Of a stretch of DNA of 64,000 nt, positions 55,015 to 64,000 are shown one piece after another. Position 1 is the first letter of the stretch, and the number at the start of each line of letters is the position of its first letter. A model generated the notes under the pieces. The model had not been told where the DNA came from, did not search any database, and saw only the letters and a list, made by a program, of their open reading frames with translations. Origin of the DNA: Lingula anatina (taxonomy: Eukaryota; Animalia; Brachiopoda); NCBI GenBank assembly GCA_051362555.1, contig CM120645.1, positions 20,708,001 through 20,772,000 of the forward strand, written 5' to 3'. The position numbers and the translations under genes are program-made.

Positions 55015-58000
55015 ACTAGAGGATCAGAGAGGCGATACCGCCTCCAAATATTGTACCACCAGCTGGAGCAAGCGCATTCGTATAGACCCCCACATACACA
55101 AAATAAGGGACACAGCCACCAGTTTTGTGCTTGACAAGCTGTAAAAATGCAATCAACAAGAATTTTTAAACTATTGCAAAAAATATATATGGTACAATCA
55201 AATTTAAGTTCTTCGTAAGGTAGGTCAAGGGTCAATTTCAAGGTCACAGTAAATTGCCAGTATATGACTTCCTATTCAAGTTCAAGAGTAACTATGGACC
55301 TATCTCTGTCAAGTTTGAAGTTAAAAGAGAAAGAAATTGGCAGAGTTCAGTTCATGATAAAAAGTAGGTCAAAGGTCAATTTCAAGGTCACACTTAGATT
55401 GCCAGTATAGGACTTCCTATTCAACTTCAATAGTAACTATGGACCTATCTCAGCCAGTTTTGGAGATAAAAGGGAAGCAAAATTTGCAAAATTCAGTTCA
55501 TGGTGAAAAGTAGGTCAAAGGTCAATTTCAAGGTCACATTTAGATTGCCAGTATATGACTTTCTATTCAAGTTCAATGGTAACTAGGGACCTATCTCTGC
55601 CAGTTTTGGAGATAAAAGGGAAACAAAATTTGCAAAGTTCAGTTTATGGTGAAAAGTAGGACAAAGGTCAATTTTAATGTCACATTTATAATGCCAGTAT
55701 ATGACTTCCTATTCAAGTTCAATAGTAACTACGGACCTATCTCAGCCAGTTTTGGAGATAAAAGGAAAGCAAAATTTGCAAAATTCAGTTCATGGTGTAA
55801 AGTAGGTAAAGGTCAATTTTAAGGTCACATTTAGATTGCCAGTATATGACTTCCTTTTCAAGTTCAATAGTAACTATGGACCTATCTCAACCAGTTTTGG
55901 AGATAAAAGGGAAGCAAAATTTGCTAAATTCAGTTCATGGTGTAAAGTAGGTCAAAGGTCAATTTTAAGGTCACATTTAGATTGCCAGTATATGACTTCC
56001 TTTTCAAGTTCAATAGTAACTATGGACCTATCTCTGCCAGTTTTGGAGATAAAAGGGAAGAAAAGTTTGCAAAGTTCAGTTCATGGTGAAAAGTAGGTAA
56101 AAGGTCAATTTCAAGGTCACATTTAGATTGCCAGTATATGACTTCCTATTCAAGTTCAATAGTAACTATGGACCTATCTCTGCCAGTTTTGGAGATAAAA
56201 GGGAAGCAAAATTTGCACAGTTCAGTTTATGGTGAAAAGTAGGTCAAAGGTCAATTTTAAGGTCACATTTAGATTGCCAGTATATGACTTCCTATTCAAG
56301 TTCAATAGTAACTACGGACCTATCTCAGCCAGTTTTGGAGATAAAAGGAAAGCAAAATTTGCAAAATTCAGTTCATGGTGTAAAGTAGGTCAAAGGTCAA
56401 TTTCAAGGTCACATTTAGATTGCCAGTATATGACTTCCTATTCAACTTCAATAGTAACTATGGACCTATCTCTGCCAGTTTTGGAGATAAAAGGGAAGAA
56501 AATTTTGCAAAGTTCAGTTTATGGTGAAAAGTAGGTCAAAGGTCAATTTTAAGGTCACATTTAGATTGCCAGTATATGATTTCCTATTCAAGTTCAATAG
56601 TAACTATGGACCTATCTCAGCCAGTTTTGGAGATAAAAGGAAAGCAAAATTTGCAAAATTCAGTTCATGGTGAAAAGTAGGTCAAAGGTCAATTTTAAGG
56701 TCACATTTAGATTGCCAGTATATGACTTCCTATTCAAGTTCAATAGTAACTACGGACCTATCTCTGCCAGTTTTGGAGATAAAAGGAAAGCAAAATTTGC
56801 AAAATTCAGTTCATGGTGTAAAGTAGGTCAAAGGTCAATTTTAATGTCACATATAGATTGCCAGTATATGACTTCCTATTCAAGTTCAATAGTAACTACG
56901 GACCTATCTCAGCCAGTTTTGGAGATAAAAGGAAAGCAAAATTTGCAAAATTCAGTTCATGGTGAAAAGTAGGTCAAAGGTCAATTTTAAGGTCACATTT
57001 AGATTGCCAGTATATGACTTCCTATTCAAGTTCAATAGTAACTACGGACCTATCTCAGCCAGTTTTGGAGATAAAAGGAAAGCAAAATTTGCAAAATTCA
57101 GTTCATGGTGTAAAGTAGGTCAAAGGTCAATTTTAAGGTCACATTTAGATTGCCAGTATATGACTTCCTATTCAAGTTCAATAGTAACTATGGACCTATC
57201 TCTGCCAGTTTTGGAGATAAAAGGGAAGCAAAATTTGCAAAGTTCAGTTCATGGTGAAAAGTAGGTCAAAGGTCAATTTCAAGGTCACAGTAAGATTGCC
57301 AGTATATGACTTCCTATTCAACTTCAATAGTAACTATGGACCTATCTCTGCCAGTTTTGGAGATATAAGGGACTAGATGTTATAATTTTGGAGTTACCAT
57401 AATGTGCCTTAAATTTCGTACAGAAAAAATTAATTAAAATAAAGAAAATGTCATTTTGGTCAAAATTCTTGAAATAGGAGGTGCTCTGAAGTTTCAGAAG
57501 TTCAAATTTGATGAAATAATGTCATTTTTGAACACAAGTTGTATGCTTTGCCAAGCCTTATGTTTTATTTTTCCAGAGTTCAAAATTTATTATCCATTAC
57601 CGTACTGCACATTTTGCTTTTACCACCAATATGTACTTTTTGATACAGCGTAACTCTAAAACCGTATGGAATACAAAAAAACCGAGACGACCACCAGTGT
57701 TGGGCTTTACATGCTCTACAAAATGCAAAAAAGAATGGGTCTCTAGCATTAACGGTTCCCGAATTAGAGACAGTTTTCAGTTTCGGTATCTTATGGCCGC
57801 TACTCCCGTGAAAATGCACCGATTGACCCCAAATTCATGGTGATGAAAGATGACCTGAAGGGTAACACTTTCCAATAATATTATTGGTTAAGTCTGTGTG
57901 GTGTCTGAATAACAGGGCAAAAAAAATTTTTTTCGTAAAAAATTTCATTTTTTTGAAAATTTTGGCCCATTTGACCTTGAAGTAGAGGTCAAAGGTCAAA

Positions 58001-58381
58001 TCCAAGAGTATATTTGAAATCTACACATATGACTTTTGGAAAGCCGTCTATAGAAATTTTTCCCATAACTCCTTCCGTAGGGTAGATAATTAGCATTTAA
58101 TTTTGCCATTTTTAGACAAGGGTGCATTGCAATGAGTGCCACACCCAGACCCCAATACCGACAAAGCCCAAATTTTACGTGGAACGAGTTGAGATTATAG
58201 GTGACCTAAATCCATGAGATGGGTACGGGGGCCCTTACCGTCTAGGAGGAGAAGCGGTAACGGTAGCCGTCCGGCGGAGCCGGCGGAGCCAACGGAGCCG
58301 GCGGAGCCGGCGGAGCCGGCGGAACGATCCGGACGAGACCGAAACCATGTGTACCGCCAGCGCTAACGCTGGTGGTACAAT
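55015..58381 (-). mobile_element. Non-autonomous Helentron-associated element (HINE/DINE-1-like) with internal 146-bp satellite, copy 2
   Basis: Same termini as copy 1: ACTAGAGGATCAGAGAGGCGATACCGCCTCC at 55015, subTIRs at 55050-55063 and 58368-58381, (GCCGGCGGA)n at 58271-58323. The ~1-kb unique arm 57370-58381 is nearly identical to 17008-18017. AA/TT insertion site, no TSD. Confidence 0.9.
55215..57370. repeat. 146-bp satellite array (15 monomers) inside HINE copy 2
   Basis: Motif at ~55217 (diverged), 55361, 55507, 55653, 55799, 55944 (after a 1-bp deletion) ... 57258. Confidence 0.97.
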
Positions 58382-58590
58382 TAAGATTGAAAAGAAGTCC
58401 ACACCTTTAATAAGATAAGATTACAACCAATAGGAAGCTCACCAAAGACCTCCTCCTTCAATGGCTAAACTATTTTGGCCATGTGGCCATATGCCATGGC
58501 ACTGAAAATTATATGTTGATGGGGACAGTTTTGAGACAGAGATCTAACCAAAGACAAAAACTAAGGTTCTCTGACAACATAACAGAGATA

Positions 58591-58766
58591 CAGGCCCATA
58601 GCCAGCAATTTCAAAAAGGGGGTTCTTTTTTTCTAAAAAAAGTGGACCTTTTAACATGAAACCTTCATATACCTATATAAATTGTCCTTGGCCAAAGGGT
58701 GGGGGGGGGGGGGGGGAGGGTTCTTTCGAACCCCACTGAACCCCCCACCCCCTGGCTATGGGCCTG
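58591..58766 (-). mobile_element. MITE family B copy (reverse orientation)
   Basis: TIR CAGGCCCATAGCCAG...CTGGCTATGGGCCTG; flanks AGATA/AGATA. Confidence 0.88.
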
Positions 58767-60719
58767 AGATAACTGAAATGGCTCTGGTCGATATCCTTTG
58801 GACAATGTCGGACAAAGCTATAAGAAAATATTTCATCAAGATCTAAACCGCAGCGCATCAAAAATGATGCTACTGCATCGGGAGGGAATTTGCCCATGAC
58901 CATTTTTTCAGGAAATAAAGTTGGCACCCACAGTCCATGCATGCTGCACTATTTGTGCCAGCCAAATTGCTTTTTTAAAAAGTATTCCACACCAGAGTGG
59001 GAGGTCCTGCGCCTAATGCAATACATCAATGTTACACCTGCTCAGCGCTACCATGTATATTCTACAATCTTACATGATTATTCACTTAGGTTCTGCAGTT
59101 GCAATAATCCTGATGTGACCCAATTTCTTCCCATCCATTCCCATCTTCACTTAAAGTCCAATCTCTGCCTAGCAAACTTCCCAGAGGCAACAAAGTTCCA
59201 GGAAAATGTGGATATTACTATTGTGGGGAAATAACACCCCCAGAGTATGAACCGGCTTTGCAGGGAATTCACGGTCAATTTCATAACTCATTTTGTAGCC
59301 CCAGGGCCGTTTTTTCATTATTTTAGTCAACTTGAAAGACGTGGTGTGTTATATGTCTGAACTAAACTGTCAGGTAGCTGTGGATACAATTATTTCCTGG
59401 AGCTAAAAGAAATCCCATCCATTAAGAGAATAGATTTTTGATGTGCTCTCTACTCCTACAAATGGTTGTTTATGTCCCCCTGGTCATGCTTGCAAACTGG
59501 AAGCGCGTTGCAGACATCTGGAAGCTTATCTGTTCTCTCAGACTGAACAAGACTATGTTACAATTCCTTTTAACTCAAACACTTATAGCGAATAATAAAC
59601 ACCGTGTTGCTTTTAAATCTAAATCTCATCTGCTAATCTTATCTATATAGACTTCCTTAACACATTTAACCACATTTATTAAAAATTCATTGGTATAGAT
59701 AAAAATTGGCACAACATCTGTCACTGGTGAAAAAAATATGCTGTATGCAAGCATACATTTCTCTGCATAAATGGCACCTCATTATTTTTTACTACTTAAT
59801 TATTAAAAGAGGATCGTGATCATTAGTCAGGTATAATAATAATAATAATAATATTAATAATATCATATCTGTACAATGGTGATATTAATAATAATAAAAA
59901 TAATAACTGTTACATAGCCATGAATTTTGAAACTCACTGATTGACCAAGAGCGGTCACATGCAGTTAAAATATCTTGGATCTTTTTTTTTTTTTTTTTTT
60001 TTTTGAAAAGGATTCTACTTTGAAGTACATTTTGCTTCTGAGTTCAGTATGCTTTAAATATGAAAGTAAAAATTTATTTGTACAGCCAATTAGGAAAGTC
60101 AGCCAATTAGGAAACTCAGAGATAAGCTTTATAACGCAATATAATAGCTAGTGTAACTCAACCTCCTATTAAAGCTGTGTTATAAATATGCTCAAAGTGC
60201 AATGTGAATATCAAGTTCTAATTGTGTTTTGCGAAGAACACTCTGACTTCTGCGACATAAAGTACCCACTTTCATTTGAGCATCCCCCATTTCCAGGACA
60301 AGACACATACTAACCTTTTACGACGAGACACACACTAACCTAAAATCGACAATACACTTACAAATGTGGTATATGGAGATGAAATGGCCCGTTTCAAAAT
60401 CTGTGTGCTATAATAAGAAAACCTGATACCATTCAGAATGTGATGATATTTATGTAGTTAGTTAGCAACATATCGTCTTCTAAAGCTACTACATTTATTT
60501 CCAATCATTTCTTAAAAAACATTGTCTCTGTGATTCCTCTGCTGATATCAATTCCCTTTTCTTTTGGATTAGACATATCTCTGGAATTATGGTGCTTTGC
60601 TGTTGATTTGAGAATGTGATAGTGCCACTGACAACTTCTGCAGGGTATACGTCTTGCCACATACCAATGCCCCATGGCTGCTTTCATTATAATTTAAATT
60701 CATGTGTTGTTATACTGCC

Positions 60720-60722
60720 TAT

Positions 60723-60777
<55 letters not shown>

Positions 60778-60778
60778 T
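60720..60778. repeat. (TATT)n microsatellite
   Basis: Directly visible. Confidence 0.97.
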
Positions 60779-62989
60779 GTAACTGCATTGCTTATTTATT
60801 TGTGTAAAGATGTAGTTAGTCATATTTGTCTTATGATTATACCTTATGTGTAAAGGTGTAGACTAAATGAATAAAGACTTCTGAATTAATCGTATAGCAG
60901 CGAATTCACAATTGTGTCTCGATTTCAAAATTCGCAACCATGTAACAAACCAGTTATAAAATTTCAATTGTGTTTCAGTCATCTGAAGAAATTATTGATC
61001 CTTAACTGGGATGATTGAGGAAATGCTCATTTTAAAGGGAAGTTCATCAGTGAGTTAGGGATCCCATTACTATCTTGTCCCACCTGTAAATCTGCTGAGC
61101 TTATATAATGACAAAAGCATTCCCAAAGGACTATCACATTCAGCAGATTTCTGTTTCGGATAAAATTGTCCCTCATTTGTAGCCACATGTGTATCTTAAG
61201 GGATATGATGACAGAAACATGTAGCCCTTTAAGTCTCACCTACCTTTTAAGTAATATTGATTGCCCTTTTGGTATTTAACTTTTTTTTCTTTCTATAGCA
61301 AAATGCTTGTCTAAAATATTGTTCAAGCAGATAACAGCAAGAAAAACCCACGTATCTCAATTTACTCAGCATCTAGGCCAAATTTTTGGACTCTCTTCTC
61401 TGGAGCCTTTCTTTCTTTCTTTCTTTCTTTCTTTCTACCTTTTTTACTTAACCAACTAGTTTTCCACAAAATAAATGCAAACTTGACTACCAAGATTCTA
61501 ATATATCTTGTTGTCCCTCGCCAAAAAATTATTTCAGCAGGTGGTAGGTGAAAATGCATATAAGTTAGCAGGTTTTTTTTTTTTTGGGGGGGGGGGAGGG
61601 TCCTATGTGGCTCCTATGTTTCATTTCTCTAAAATTGTTCACATGCCATAACAACAAGATCTAGCCTGTTCCAAAACAATCTAATACCATTTTTTGATAT
61701 AAATTATCACACCAGATTCTATATCCCTTGAGAAGTGTGGGAAGACTTGATTCTTCTCCTTTTCCTTTTAACCAGACACCTAAAATTATCAAATCTTTTT
61801 AAGTATGTTTAACAAAATGTTTCTCCTACGCAGCCTACCGCATATACACAAATCTATAAGAAACCACTGAAAATATTGAATTTGCATTGAAAAGGTTTTC
61901 TTTAAGATTGGGTTTCTAAAACCTCAATGCCTGTTAAGTATCCATTTTCTAGTCAATGAATTCTCTTTGAATAGGCAAAGACAGTTGTGGCCTCAAAAAA
62001 AAGTTTTGCATGTAATGGTTTGCAGTGGGCATGATTTTCACACGCACACCTTCTTGCGATCAAATTGCCACCAATTCAAGGTGACCGTAACTTGTTACAG
62101 ACTCAGTCTGTGCCACATACTATTTACGCCTACTGGCCCTCAGGGATTACAGATTCTAGTAATGATCTCCAGGCACAAAACAAATTTAGTGAACTGCACA
62201 AATCTATTAAATTTTTACATTTGGCATAGGGTAGTATCAACAATGCAGACCGATTTATGTTAAGTCGTTCACAGATTCTTCTCTTTAAATTTATAAAGTG
62301 GCTTGGTTTTGAGATATATATCATAATTATAATAGCAACATAAATAGTTACTAGGCCACTTTCACAAGCTAAGTTGATCCGCGGACAGCTTTCCCTCAGG
62401 GAATCCATTCACTGTCTTATAGCAGATTATAGGACAAACAATAGGTTATATTAATCTTTTTTTTCTCTGCAAAATGCATTACAGCTGAATCAGATATGGA
62501 ATTTAATGATATATTATGATAATATTTTATGTTGATCTTTTTTTATTCACAGTGATGTGACCCATCATCTGATAGAACTTATAGAACCTAATGGTATGTA
62601 GAACTTTTGCTGCAATATTATGTAAGATGCACGCAACTCTTCCTCATTGACACCTGAAAGGGATAATAACTCTTCATGTGAGATCTATATTTCACAATAA
62701 TCACATTCTGATTAACTCATAAAAATATAATATATTCCGTTTTACCTCAAAAAAAGGCAGTTATAACTATTATTCTCATATCTGAGTTTGTCTTTAGACC
62801 ACGTGACCTCCATTGATGGCTATACTCTGTTAAAATCTCCTAAGAGATTTTAACAAAAAACCAAACTTTTTAGAAAAAAAACGGACTAACTTTGAGTGTA
62901 AAAATGAATTCATTAACCATTGGTAAGTATGGGAAAATTATTGTTTACGCCAGGAAATTTCATTTTCTGGCCAAACGAAGAGTTATTAT

Positions 62990-63430
62990 CCCTTTAATAT
63001 TACATTACCTGATGTCTCAATACATATTATCTGAAACCTTAATATACATCACTTGATGCCTCAATCCACATCATCATACACCTTAATACACATTACCCAA
63101 TGTCTCCATCCACATCATCATACACCTTAATACACATTACCTGATGTCTCCATCCACATCATCATACACCTTAATACACATTACCCAATGTCTCCATCCA
63201 CATCATCATACACCTTAATACACATTACCTGATGTCTCCATACATATCATCTTACACCTTAATACACATTACCTGATATCTCAATACACATCACCAGACA
63301 CCTTAATACACATTACCTGATATCTCAATGCACATTATATGACACTCTGACACACACCACCTGGCAATTTAATTCATACTACCTGCCCATTCAGTGCACA
63401 TTACCTGAAAACCTCATACAAATTACCTGT
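62990..63430. repeat. 44-bp minisatellite built from 22-bp subunits
   Basis: CCTTAATA at 63037, 63081, 63125, 63169, 63213, 63257, 63301. Confidence 0.92.
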
Positions 63431-64000
63431 AATTTATACTGAATAAAGCCTTTCACAGAAAAAAGAATGTCACCAAAATCAGAATATCATTTTGTCCATC
63501 TGACAACTTATGTCTGAACATATATTTGACATATTGTTCATATATATTCAGTTTCACAGTTTTGACTTCAAATATGATATGTCTATTTGTTACAAGAATA
63601 ACAAACATTCTTTTTACATCTCATATTACTAGCAGCAGTGCGTCTACAATTCTGTTGCTTTGCAGCTGTGCTAAATGTTTAAACCACCATAAACAATGAA
63701 AAATACTAGGAGCAAATGAGAGTGAAATATACAGACCACAAAAATATCAAATTTCTGCATGCAACTATAAAAAAGGTTGGTTATTTTGAGGAATGAAGAT
63801 GAGATTTGAGTGGGAAGAGTGAATAATATACACAGAGCTAGAAAGACTTACCAGAAAGTTCTCCATCAGAAGGGAGAGGAGATGGGAAAACCTTGACACA
63901 TGCCCAACCAACCTCTAGAAAAAAAGTAAATATCTTTAGCCTAATATTATGCTTCTATATACACAAAAGCTTTGCATTATCTTTATTTAGTTAATTATAT

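Noticed and set aside
55836-57264. Repeated ORFs MVKSRSKVNFKVTFRLPVYDFLFK... (also at 15098 and 16207)
   Set aside because: They are read-through of a 146-bp satellite. The period is not a multiple of 3, stops recur, and no domain is recognisable.
13025-58381. The two large repeats as LTRs of one giant element or a segmental duplication
   Set aside because: Each has its own complete HINE termini, flanks are unrelated, there are no TG...CA ends or shared TSD, and no gag/pol lies between them.
58770-59560. More GC-balanced unique stretch with a 114-aa ORF, possible decayed transposase or exon
   Set aside because: The frames I read contain stops and no recognisable motif. It needs a TBLASTX search to be called.

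Overview
AT-rich, microsatellite-rich eukaryotic DNA. The repeat types suggest an invertebrate animal (inference); the organism cannot be named from sequence alone. I find no supportable protein-coding gene, RNA gene or CRISPR array, and the ORF track is dominated by simple repeats and satellite read-through. The main features are two large non-autonomous Helentron-type elements (HINE/DINE-1-like) at 13025-18017 and 55015-58381. Each carries 15 copies of a 146-bp tandem monomer with three AGGTCA nuclear-receptor-type half-sites. The first copy is internally rearranged and carries about 1.4 kb of extra cargo. The window also holds several MITE families. Three unrelated ones share CAGG...CCTG ends and mostly 5-bp target-site duplications. 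Others are PIF/Harbinger-like with 3-bp TSDs, including long foldbacks and one copy whose core is flipped relative to its tips. There is also an older short HINE family and several minisatellites. Weak signs suggest the window lies in large introns or the 5' region of a minus-strand gene (candidate non-coding exons and a candidate recursive splice site).
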